From: Candidatus Eiseniibacteriota bacterium
GTDB taxonomy: Bacteria > Eisenbacteria > RBG-16-71-46
Reading direction: 5' to 3'
DNA length: 64,000 bases
Assembly (NCBI GenBank): GCA_963717935.1
Contig: CAVQXP010000004.1
Coordinates: forward strand, 352,001-416,000
The position numbers and the translations under genes were made by a program. The notes below the pieces were generated by a model, which was given only the letters and a program-made list of their open reading frames with translations, did no database searches and had not been told where the DNA came from. Positions 1-8,410 of this stretch are shown here, one piece after another (within the stretch, counting starts at the first letter, position 1; every line of letters starts with the position of its first letter).

Positions 1-271
1 CGCGCGCGCCCCGAGTGTCCTCGCCGCCACCGGCGCACTGCTCGTGATGTTCGGCCTCCTCGCGGCCAACCTGCACCACCATGGCGATGACGGGGCGCAC
101 CACGCCTGCGCGATCTGCGTGGCGGCCCACGCGCCCTCCGAGACCACCCCGCACGTCGCCCCGAGCGCGCCCACCACGCCCCGGGCCGAGCGGGTCATTG
201 AGACGAGCGCGTTCCGCCCGTGCGCCGCTCCGCGCACCGCCACGGCGCCGCGCGGGCCCCCGGCCGCCTGA
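1..271 (+). CDS. DUF2946-like (CruR-like) leader peptide: hydrophobic N-region, His-rich CxxC, C-terminal RGPP; 5' end probably before the window
   Basis: Frame is open from base 2: ARAPSVLAATGALLVMFGLLAANLHHHGDDGAHHACAICVAAH...TAPRGPPAA*. It sits directly upstream of a metal-uptake operon. Confidence 0.75.
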   Translation, partial: ARAPSVLAATGALLVMFGLLAANLHHHGDDGAHHACAICVAAHAPSETTPHVAPSAPTTPRAERVIETSAFRPCAAPRTATAPRGPPAA

Positions 272-401
272 CCTCCCGCGCGCCGCGCCGGCGCGCGCCC
301 GCTCGATCCCTCACGCCGCGGTCCCGTACGGGGCCGTCGTCCCCGTGCCCGAGGCCCGGGCGGGGTGACACCGTGAAGGCACCCCCAGGAGGCAGACCGC
401 C

Positions 402-1547
402 ATGCGACGTCTCATTCCCCTGCTCGCCGTGCTCATCGGCACGGTCGCGGGAACCGCGCCGGCCCCGGCCGGCGTCGTCAACCCTGACATCTCCGTGATC
501 GGCCAGCCCTTCCTGCGCTGGACCGACGACACCGCTGATCCCGCACGCCGGCGCGCCACCTTCGCCGCCGGCGAGACGGAGTTCGTCTTCGACGCCTACC
601 TCAACCCCTACGCCCGGGGCAACTTCACGCTGGCGCTCCACGAGGAGCACACGCACCTGGAGGAGGGGTACTTCTCGCTCCTGCGCGGACTGCCCGCCGG
701 CCTGGCCCTGAAGGGCGGCAAGTACCGCGCCGGGTTCGGTAGGCTGAATCCCGAGCATCCCCACGTCTATCCGTTCGCGGATCGCTTCCGCGTCCTGGCC
801 GCCTACCTGCCGGGCGAGGAGGCCCTCATCGAGACGGGCTTCCAGCTCTCGGAGCGGTTCGCGCTGCCGGGCGACCTGGCGCTCACCGCGAGCATGGACT
901 GGTTGCAGGGCGACTCGTACCGCATCCCGCGCGAGGTGGGCGAGGCGGCGAGCGACCCGCTCGCAGCCGACCCCGCGGAGGGGGACCGCACCTCGGAGCC
1001 GCGACCCGCGGCACTCGTCCGGCTCTCGTTGTTCGCGCCGGCCGGGGAGCGCTCGGGCCTCGAGTTCGGCCTGTCCGGCACCCAGGGGACCAACAACGTC
1101 GCCGCCGGCACGCGCACGACGGTGTGGGGCGTGGACGCGAAGGCGAAGCTGTGGAACGGCCAGCGTTCCTACGCGTTGCTCCAGGGCGAATGGCTGGGGC
1201 TCGACCGCGAGCAGGCCGGCTGGGACGGGACCGCGGCGGCCTATACGAGATCGAACGTGCGACCGACGGGCGGCTACCTGTTCGCGGACTACAACTGGGA
1301 CCTGCGCTACGACGTCGGCGCCTCGTACGAGCGCTGGCAGCGGCCGATCGCCGGCCAGACCTGGGACCAGGCATTCGGTGTCTTCGCCGGACTCGCCCTC
1401 ATGGAGGAGACGACGGTGTTCCGTCTCGGCTGGGAGCGCTACGTCCCCGGCCACACCGGAGGCGTGCCCGAGGACCCCGAGACCGTGAACACGCTCACCC
1501 TTCGCGTCATCTACTCGATGGGCCCCCACAAGGCCCACCAGTTCTAG
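402..1547 (+). CDS. Outer-membrane beta-barrel/porin of metal (Zn-type) uptake operons
   Basis: Signal peptide, NPDIS start motif, N..HPH..F motif, alternating aromatic strands, C-terminal GPHKAHQF; SD AGGAGG. Confidence 0.75.
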   Translation: MRRLIPLLAVLIGTVAGTAPAPAGVVNPDISVIGQPFLRWTDDTADPARRRATFAAGETEFVFDAYLNPYARGNFTLALHEEHTHLEEGYFSLLRGLPAGLALKGGKYRAGFGRLNPEHPHVYPFADRFRVLAAYLPGEEALIETGFQLSERFALPGDLALTASMDWLQGDSYRIPREVGEAASDPLAADPAEGDRTSEPRPAALVRLSLFAPAGERSGLEFGLSGTQGTNNVAAGTRTTVWGVDAKAKLWNGQRSYALLQGEWLGLDREQAGWDGTAAAYTRSNVRPTGGYLFADYNWDLRYDVGASYERWQRPIAGQTWDQAFGVFAGLALMEETTVFRLGWERYVPGHTGGVPEDPETVNTLTLRVIYSMGPHKAHQF

Positions 1548-1557
1548 GAGGCCCGCC

Positions 1558-2463
1558 ATGACCATCCGACGACTCACGTGCGCCGTGCTGTGCGGCGCGC
1601 TCCTGTCGATCCCGGCGACGGCGCTCGCCAGGGTCCGCGTCGCCGCCTCGACCACCGACCTCGCCTCGATCGCCAGTTCGGTCGGAGGCGAACAGGTCGA
1701 GGTCTTCGCCATCGCCCGCCCCGGCAGCGATGTCCACCGCGTCGAGGTGCTGCCCTCGTACATGGTCCGGGTCGCGAAGGCCGATCTCTACCTCAAGGTC
1801 GGGCTCGGCCTCGACTCGTGGGCCGACGGCATCATCGACGGCTCGCGCAACCCGCGCCTCGTGAAGCTCGACTGCGGACTCGGCATCCAGCCGCTCGAGC
1901 GGCCCACCGGCAAGGTGGACGCCTCGCTGGGTGACGTGCATCCCGACGGCAACCCGCACTACTGGCTCGACCCGCGCAACGGCGCCATCGTGGCGCGCCA
2001 GGTGGCCGAGGCGCTGGCGCGGCTCGACCCCGCGCACGCGGGGCTCTTCCAGGCACGCGCGGAGGCCTTTGCGAAGGAGGCCGGGGCGCAGCTCACCCGC
2101 GGGCGGCAGGTCGTGGCGGCCCTGCCCGTCAGGACCATCCTCACCTACCACGCGTCCTGGGTGTACCTCGCCAGCGCGTTCGGGCTCGAGATCGTCGGCA
2201 CCGTCGAACCCGTGCCGGGCATCCCGCCCACGGGCAAGCACCTGCAACGGATCCTCGCGCTGGCGAAGGAGCGCCGCGTGCCCTTCCTGCTCCAGGAGCC
2301 GTACTTCTCCGACGAGGCGGGCCGCTTCCTCGCCCGCGAGACCGGCGTGCGGGTGATCCGGATGTCCGCCTCGTGCGACGGCCCGGCCGCCGGCCGCTAC
2401 CTCGCGCACCTCGACCAGGTGCTCACGGCCCTCGCGGCACCGCCCGCGACGGGCGCGAAGTAG
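1558..2463 (+). CDS. Metal ABC transporter substrate-binding protein (ZnuA/TroA family)
   Basis: Signal peptide; DVH, GDVHPDGNPHYWLDP, TYH..W.Y and EP.PGIPP motifs. Confidence 0.92.
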   Translation: MTIRRLTCAVLCGALLSIPATALARVRVAASTTDLASIASSVGGEQVEVFAIARPGSDVHRVEVLPSYMVRVAKADLYLKVGLGLDSWADGIIDGSRNPRLVKLDCGLGIQPLERPTGKVDASLGDVHPDGNPHYWLDPRNGAIVARQVAEALARLDPAHAGLFQARAEAFAKEAGAQLTRGRQVVAALPVRTILTYHASWVYLASAFGLEIVGTVEPVPGIPPTGKHLQRILALAKERRVPFLLQEPYFSDEAGRFLARETGVRVIRMSASCDGPAAGRYLAHLDQVLTALAAPPATGAK

Positions 2464-2475
2464 CGGGAGCCGGCC

Positions 2476-3408
2476 ATGCTCGACGCCTTCCAGTTGCCCT
2501 TCTTCCAGACCGCGCTGTTCGCAGCGCTCGTCCTGGCCGGCATCCACGCGTACCTGGGTTTCCACATCGTGCGCCGCGGCGTGATCTTCGTGGACCTGGC
2601 GCTCGCGCAGATGGCGGCCCTGGGCGTCGCGCTGGCCGTCGTCCTGAGGCTGCACGACGACGGGATGGGGACCTACGCGCTGGCGCTGGGGATGACGTTC
2701 GTGGGCGCGGCCAGCTTCGCCTGGCTGCGCTCCCAGGAGCGCAACGTCCCGCTCGAGGCCTTCATCGGCATCGTGTTCGCCACCGCGCAGGCCGCGGTGT
2801 TCCTCGTGCTGGAGAAGAGCCCCGCGGGCCCCGAGCACCTCAAGCAGACGCTCGTCGGGAGTCTCTTCACGGTGAGTCCGGCCCAGGTGCTCAAGACGGC
2901 CGCGCTGTACGCCGCGCTCGGCGTGCTGCACTTCCTGCTGCGCAGGCCCTTCTTCGAGATCACGAACGACCCCGCGGGCGCCGCGGCCCGTGGGCGCCGG
3001 ATCTTCTGGTGGGATCTGGCCTTCTACGCCATCTTCGGCTTCGTCGTCACTTCGAGCGTGCAGATCGCGGGCGTGCTGCTGGTCTTCGGCCTGCTCGTGA
3101 TCCCGGCGGTCGCCGGGTTGCTGGCGACCCCGAGTCCCTCCCGCGCGCTGGCCGTGGGCTGGGTCTTCGGATTCGTGGGCAGCCTGCTCGGCCTGCTGGG
3201 GTCCATGACGCTCGATCTGCCCGCGGCGCCGAGCATCCTGATCTCCCTCACCGGCCTGCTCGTCCTGCTGGGCGTGGCGCTGCGGCTGCGCGGGAGACCG
3301 GCCACGCACCGAGTGGGTGCGAGTGGGTCGCCGGGCGGTCTCAGTCCGCTTCGGAGAACGCTTCCGCGCCTTCCAGCGCCGGGTCCATCACCACGTCGGC
3401 CCGGATGA
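2476..3408 (+). CDS. Metal ABC transporter permease (ZnuB/ABC-3 family)
   Basis: Multi-TM; G.HIVRRG.IFVDLALAQ and VQIAGVLLVF.LLVIPA motifs. Confidence 0.92.
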   Translation: MLDAFQLPFFQTALFAALVLAGIHAYLGFHIVRRGVIFVDLALAQMAALGVALAVVLRLHDDGMGTYALALGMTFVGAASFAWLRSQERNVPLEAFIGIVFATAQAAVFLVLEKSPAGPEHLKQTLVGSLFTVSPAQVLKTAALYAALGVLHFLLRRPFFEITNDPAGAAARGRRIFWWDLAFYAIFGFVVTSSVQIAGVLLVFGLLVIPAVAGLLATPSPSRALAVGWVFGFVGSLLGLLGSMTLDLPAAPSILISLTGLLVLLGVALRLRGRPATHRVGASGSPGGLSPLRRTLPRLPAPGPSPRRPG

Positions 3409-4420
3409 TGCCCAGGCGCCGCATCAGCCGGATGTAGTTCGCGCGCGAGCAACCCTCGAGCCGCGAGGCGCAGCTCACGTTGCGCGCCGTGCGCAGTTGA
3501 CGCAGCACGCAGTCGCGTTGCCCCTCGTCCTTCGCGCATTGCGAAGGCCGCCAGGCCGGATGCTTGTCCTGCGGCAGGTCCTCCGCCTCGATCACCATCC
3601 GCGGGCCCGCGCGTTGCAGGGCGCGCACCAGCACCGCGGCGAGCTCGACGATGTTCCCGTACCAATCGCGATCGAGGAGCTCCTCGATCGCGCGGGGCGA
3701 GATCCGGCGCAGCGGCTCGCCGCTCTGGCGCGCGCCCTCGATCAGGCAGCGCGCCGCCAGCAGCGGCAGGTCCTGCGGCCGCTCCCGCAGCGATGGCACC
3801 CGCAGGATGGGCACCGACAGGCCGGGGCCAGCGGCCCCGGGCGCGCGGCGCGCCTTCCACTCGCGGCGCCAGCGGCGCAGCGTGATCCCGGCGCGCGTCA
3901 CGCCCGTACCCGGCTCGCCGTAGACGTAGACGGGCGTGTCCTGCTCGGCGGCCGCTCGCAGCGCGCGCAGGAACTCGCGGGACATCGGCGCCCGGACCGT
4001 CCAGGCTTCCGTGAGGATCGCCGGGAGGTCCGGCGGGATCTCCAGCGAGGGCGGCTCGAGCAGGGCCCCGAGCGCGCGTTCGAGGCCACCGATGAAGTCC
4101 GGCTCGGTCGTGTCGGTCGTGAAGTGCGGGTGCACGGTCCGCTGCGCGTCGCGCCGGAAACTCGGCGAGCGGACCTCGCTGTAGATGAGCCGGAAGGCGC
4201 GCGGCAGGGTCTCGCGCACGACCTGCAGCACCTCGATCCCGCTGCCCCTTTCGTCCAGGCCGTAGTTCGCGACCACCGCCCCCCAGGGGCCCAGGGGCAG
4301 GGCTGCCATCACTTCGTCGATGGTGGAGACGTGCCGGCACTCGAAGCGCACCGAGAACGCGCGGACTATCGCCCGACCGCGCTCGACGTCATCCTCCACC
4401 AGGAGTACGCGGGGGTTCAT
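3341..4420 (-). CDS. Degenerate NtrC-like regulator (pseudo-receiver + internally deleted AAA+ + Fis HTH)
   Basis: RVLLVEDD receiver start; VYVYGEPGTGVT Walker-A remnant; VPSLRERPQD...WYGNIVEL lid; NVS.ASRL.G.SR HTH. Start trimmed to ATG 4420. Confidence 0.7.
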   Translation of the reverse strand: MNPRVLLVEDDVERGRAIVRAFSVRFECRHVSTIDEVMAALPLGPWGAVVANYGLDERGSGIEVLQVVRETLPRAFRLIYSEVRSPSFRRDAQRTVHPHFTTDTTEPDFIGGLERALGALLEPPSLEIPPDLPAILTEAWTVRAPMSREFLRALRAAAEQDTPVYVYGEPGTGVTRAGITLRRWRREWKARRAPGAAGPGLSVPILRVPSLRERPQDLPLLAARCLIEGARQSGEPLRRISPRAIEELLDRDWYGNIVELAAVLVRALQRAGPRMVIEAEDLPQDKHPAWRPSQCAKDEGQRDCVLRQLRTARNVSCASRLEGCSRANYIRLMRRLGIIRADVVMDPALEGAEAFSEAD

Positions 4421-4680
4421 GGGCGGCCCGTCCACCGCGAAGACACGGTGACGGCGTCGGCCGCTCGCCACGGCGTCGACGCGGCCGGACGGTGGAAGGC
4501 GGACAAGTTGCGGTAAAACTCTGGAGTTCGGCGGATGCGCACGCCAAGGCACAGCCCGGTTGAGATTCTCGGGCCGCGCACAGAGGAGTACCACCGGAGG
4601 CCCAGGAGGGGCCACCTCGACCATCCGGGATAAAATGTCACAGTCGGGATTCTAATACAGACAACAGGTTAAGCGCCAGA

Positions 4681-4696
4681 GTCTCAAACATGAGAC
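4681..4696. promoter_or_regulatory. Palindrome GTCTCA-N4-TGAGAC, candidate operator in AT-rich upstream region
   Basis: Perfect 6-4-6 inverted repeat ~260 bp upstream of the 3341..4420 regulator. Confidence 0.5.
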
Positions 4697-4942
4697 ATAT
4701 CGGCGCGGCCTCGACTGTCGGAGAATCCGCGCTCTGGGATAGGGTTCGTCCGGGCCTGAAGCGCGGTCTGCGGACCTTGGCCCTGTACCCCGCGGGACCA
4801 CCGAAGCCATCACGCTCGGGGGACGGATGGTCCAGGTACCCGCGGGGTTTCCGTTTTCCCCCGGCGGGCTCGCCCCCCGGCCGCAGGCCGGGTCTCGAGC
4901 GGCCGTCCACCCCACGGCACGCAGGCGCGGCGACGCCGGGCG

Positions 4943-6064
4943 CTAGCTCTTGCCCCGCCCCCCGCGTTTCGCGCCCTTCCGACCCCGGCCCGCCGATCCA
5001 TGCTTCACCGGCCGGCTCTTGCTTGCGTCCGCCCGTGCGCTGCGCTGACGCGAGGCCGAGGCACGCTCGGCCTTCTTGAGTCGCCCGATCGCGGGCTTGA
5101 CCCTGGTCTTCTTCTCGTCGCCCGTGCGCCGGGGCTTGAGCCGCGCGTGGTCCGGGCCCGCGCCGCGCGTCGAGGACACCGTGCGCGTCGTGGACGAGAG
5201 CGGCTTCTTCGCCGTCCTCTTCGCGTCGTGGTACTCGGGCCGTACGGCCAGCCGGCTGATCGCTCTCGAGCCCTTCTTCACGGGCTTGCGCATCGCCACC
5301 TGGTGCGTGGGCACATCCTGGTCGTAGGGCTCCGCCAGCTCCTCCTCGAACGTCTCCGGCGGCGCGGTCTCGCGGAACACGACCACGTTGCCATCCGGGT
5401 CGAGCACTTCGGCGAAGAGCCCGAAGTCCTGCTCGGTCGGCGCCGTCGCGAAGGTGACGTCACGGCCGTTGACCTCCTCGACCCAGGCTTCAAGGTCCAG
5501 GGTCTCGAGGCAGAAGGCGATCCGCTGGCCGGCGTGCAGCGGGTGGCTGAGCCCCGCGGGACGCTTGTGGACCGCGAGGCGCACGTCGCCCGCCTCGAAC
5601 TCCACCCAGTGCGGGCTCACGTACGAGGTGGCGAGCCCGAGGCGGTCGCGGTAGAAGCCCACCGCCTGATCGAGGTCCTGCACGTTCACGACGACCGTGC
5701 CGATGACGGGACCTGCGTCGTGCGGGCGGTCTCCGCCCGCACGCAGCGCGACGAGGTTCCCCTCGGGGTCGCGGAACTGCACCGTCGTCCCGTACGGCTG
5801 GTCCTGGATCTCGCCCGCCGGGTGGAGGCCCCAGGTCCGGAAACGCTCCACCTCGGCCTTCACATCGGGACTGTCGAAGGTGAGTTCGATCTCGCGCCGG
5901 TGCATGGCCCCGAGCGGGTGCAGCGCCAGCGTCACGCCGCCGGTGCGGTAGGAGGTCCAGTTGGGACCCGCGTAGACCGGATAGAGTCCGATGCCTTCTT
6001 CGTAGAACTTCCGCGCAGCTTCCACATCGGGCGTGAAGAGGATGATCTGGACCAGGCGTCTCAT
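4943..6064 (-). CDS. Tandem VOC/glyoxalase-domain protein with long Lys/Arg-rich C-terminal tail
   Basis: Two glyoxalase repeats (D...A..FY...LGL ... DPEGN / DPDGN); SD GAGGA before ATG 6064. Confidence 0.88.
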   Translation of the reverse strand: MRRLVQIILFTPDVEAARKFYEEGIGLYPVYAGPNWTSYRTGGVTLALHPLGAMHRREIELTFDSPDVKAEVERFRTWGLHPAGEIQDQPYGTTVQFRDPEGNLVALRAGGDRPHDAGPVIGTVVVNVQDLDQAVGFYRDRLGLATSYVSPHWVEFEAGDVRLAVHKRPAGLSHPLHAGQRIAFCLETLDLEAWVEEVNGRDVTFATAPTEQDFGLFAEVLDPDGNVVVFRETAPPETFEEELAEPYDQDVPTHQVAMRKPVKKGSRAISRLAVRPEYHDAKRTAKKPLSSTTRTVSSTRGAGPDHARLKPRRTGDEKKTRVKPAIGRLKKAERASASRQRSARADASKSRPVKHGSAGRGRKGAKRGGRGKS

Positions 6065-6291
6065 GGTGTCCTCGGTTGCGGTGGAACCTCGGCGCGAGCG
6101 TGCTTGATGACGTCGGCGTGATGGTGGTCGTGCTCGGGGAGGGCGGCGAGAGGCTCTCCTGGCGGATGCTCCCGGGCCCACGATGCGGCCGGTTCTTCAG
6201 GCAGACTCTCGATCGCCTCCAGCAGGCGCGCGCGGAGCGCCGGCATGCGCACCCTCTTCAGTCCCGAAGCTGGCTTCCTCGCGAGGCTCAT
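6061..6291 (-). pseudogene. Short DinB/ClbS-like C-terminal fragment, or small His-motif protein
   Basis: RARLLEAIESLPEE...L.EHDHHHADVI resembles a DinB-fold C-terminus; ATGA overlap with the VOC gene. Confidence 0.45.
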
Positions 6292-6370
6292 GTCTCGTCG
6301 CTGTCGCGCATGTCGCAGCCCATCCGTCCCACACCCACCGCCGCGCCGGTCCGCGCGGTCACGCGTCGAA

Positions 6371-6967
6371 TCAGCCCCGACCTTCCTTCGGAGGGTGCCC
6401 GTTCGCGAAGCGCCAGGCCGCCGGCAGCACGAGCGCGGCCGCCACGGCCTTGATGACGTCACCCGGCAGGAAGGGCAGCAGGCCCGCGGCCAGCAGCCGG
6501 TCCGCCGGCAAGAAGTGCGAAAGCACCGCCAGCCCAGAGACGAAGATCACCGCGCTGCCGAGCAGCATCGCGGCCAGCATCGTGCCGAAGCGCCGGTCCC
6601 AGCCATGCTCGGCGCACATGCCGGTGACGGCCGCCGCCAACGGGAAGGCGACCAGGAAGCCGCCCGTCGGTCCCGCGAACACGAGCGCACCACCCAGGCC
6701 GCCCGCGAAGAACGGCAGGCCCATCGCCCCCTCGATCAGGTAGAGCGTCTGCGCCAGCACGGCGCGCCGCGCACCCAGCGCAGCGCCCGTGAGGAGCACG
6801 GCGAAGGTCTGCCCCGTGAGCGGCACCGGCGACCAGGGCACCGGGAAGGCGATGCGGGCGGCCGCGGCGGTGGCGAGGCTCGCACCGACGACGAGGAGGA
6901 TGTCGCGCAGGACGCCGGCGCGAGGCAGGGCCGCGTCGGCGAGCGTCAGCGTGCGGACGGAGGACAT
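6371..6967 (-). CDS. bioY: Biotin transporter BioY
   Basis: PVPLTGQTFAVLL.G..LG, YL..GA.GLP.FAG, GPTGGFL and PFLPGD.IK motifs. Confidence 0.95.
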   Translation of the reverse strand: MSSVRTLTLADAALPRAGVLRDILLVVGASLATAAAARIAFPVPWSPVPLTGQTFAVLLTGAALGARRAVLAQTLYLIEGAMGLPFFAGGLGGALVFAGPTGGFLVAFPLAAAVTGMCAEHGWDRRFGTMLAAMLLGSAVIFVSGLAVLSHFLPADRLLAAGLLPFLPGDVIKAVAAALVLPAAWRFANGHPPKEGRG

Positions 6968-7236
6968 GGGCACCTCGGATGAGTGGGGCGGCGGCCGAGC
7001 GGCGCCGGGCGCGGGGGTCACCCGCTCACGCCAGCCCCGCGGCGACGTCGGACCGAAGTGAAGCCGTTACAAGACCGCGCGAACCTAGCACGGTCCCCGG
7101 GGGCGGGCAACAGTCACGAGAACCGGGTCACGTGACATCGTGAGAACGCGGCGGCACCCGTGACCGTCGGGCCCGACTTGCCGCAGCGCGCGGCCCGGGA
7201 GCATGCTCGGGCCGCGCTCGCTGGAGGGAGAGATCG

Positions 7237-7740
7237 ATGCTCACCGCCGAGGACGTGAAACGCCTGCTCGCGCTCGAGCCGCTGGAGCCCGAGGGCGGCT
7301 GTTTCGCCGAAACCTACCGGTCCCGCGGGCTGCTCCTGCCCGGTGCCCTGCCCGGGCAGACCTCGCCACGCCCCCTCGCGACTGCGATCTACTACCTGCT
7401 CGAACCCGGGACGTGTTCGGCGCTGCACCGCCTGCGCGTGGATGAGATCTTCCACTTCTATCTGGGCGACCCGGTGGAGATGCTCCAGCTTGGCCCCGGC
7501 GCGGACGGCCGCGCGCTGCGGCTGGGCGGCGACCTCGTCGCCGGAGAGCGCCCGCAGGCCGTGGTGCCCGCCGGCACGTGGCAGGGCACGCGGCTCGTCG
7601 CGGGCGGGCGCTGGGCCCTGCTCGGCACCACCGTGGCGCCCGGCTTCGACGCCGCCGACTTCGAACTCGGCCGCCGCGCGGAACTGGTCGCGCGCTGGCC
7701 GGCGCACCGGGAGACGATCGAGGCGCTGACGCGCGACTAG
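7237..7740 (+). CDS. Cupin_5 (DUF985) family protein
   Basis: L.L.P..PEGG.F.ETYR, TAIYYLL, LHRL..DEIFHFY.G, PQ.VVP.G.WQ and VAPGFD..DF motifs. Confidence 0.93.
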   Translation: MLTAEDVKRLLALEPLEPEGGCFAETYRSRGLLLPGALPGQTSPRPLATAIYYLLEPGTCSALHRLRVDEIFHFYLGDPVEMLQLGPGADGRALRLGGDLVAGERPQAVVPAGTWQGTRLVAGGRWALLGTTVAPGFDAADFELGRRAELVARWPAHRETIEALTRD

Positions 7741-7759
7741 GGCCGGGCCACCCGGCCCG

Positions 7760-8410
7760 CTACGGCTTCTGGACCAGCCCCTCGCGGATCGCGAACTGCG
7801 TCAGCAGCGCGACGGACTTGAGGTTCAGCTTGCGCATCAGGTTGGCGCGGTGCGTCTCGACCGTGCGCGTGCTGATGTCGAGCTGCGAGGCGATCTCCCT
7901 GGTCGAGAGCCCCTTCACCACCAACTGCACGACCTCGCGCTCGCGCTCGGTGAGCGTGTCCATCGGGCGCGGCGGAGCCGAGTGGGCCCGCAACAGCTCC
8001 GACAGTTCACGCTGCACCGGCGGGCTGTAGTAGGCGCGGCCGGCCTGCACCGCCTCGATGGCCGCCACCAGGTCCTGCACCGCCGAGTCCTTGAGCAGGT
8101 AGCCGTCGGCCCCGTCCTGCACGGCGCGCGCCACGTACTCGGCATCCGCGTGCATGGTGAGCACCAGCACCTTCACGCCCGGCAGCGTCGCCTTCACCTG
8201 CCGCAGCACCTCGAACCCGTCGGTGCCCGGCATGGTGAGGTCGAGCACCAGCACGTCCACGGGATCCGCATGCAGGAAGTCGAGCGCCGCCTCACCGTCC
8301 GAGACCTCGCCCGCCACCGTGATGCCGGGCTGGGCCTCCAGGATGCGGCGCACGCCGGCCCGCACCAGCGTGTGGTCGTCGGCGAGCAGGATGCGGACGG
8401 GGTCGCTCAC
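7760..8410 (-). CDS. NarL/LuxR-family response regulator
   Basis: ILLADDH, VLDLTMP, GYLLKD, LTERERE...TVETHRANLMRKL; GTG start overlaps the kinase stop. Confidence 0.95.
   Translation of the reverse strand: MSDPVRILLADDHTLVRAGVRRILEAQPGITVAGEVSDGEAALDFLHADPVDVLVLDLTMPGTDGFEVLRQVKATLPGVKVLVLTMHADAEYVARAVQDGADGYLLKDSAVQDLVAAIEAVQAGRAYYSPPVQRELSELLRAHSAPPRPMDTLTEREREVVQLVVKGLSTREIASQLDISTRTVETHRANLMRKLNLKSVALLTQFAIREGLVQKP

Noticed and set aside
7040..7075. BirA box upstream of bioY
   Set aside because: Only a partial half-site (GTTACAA) with no matching inverted partner.
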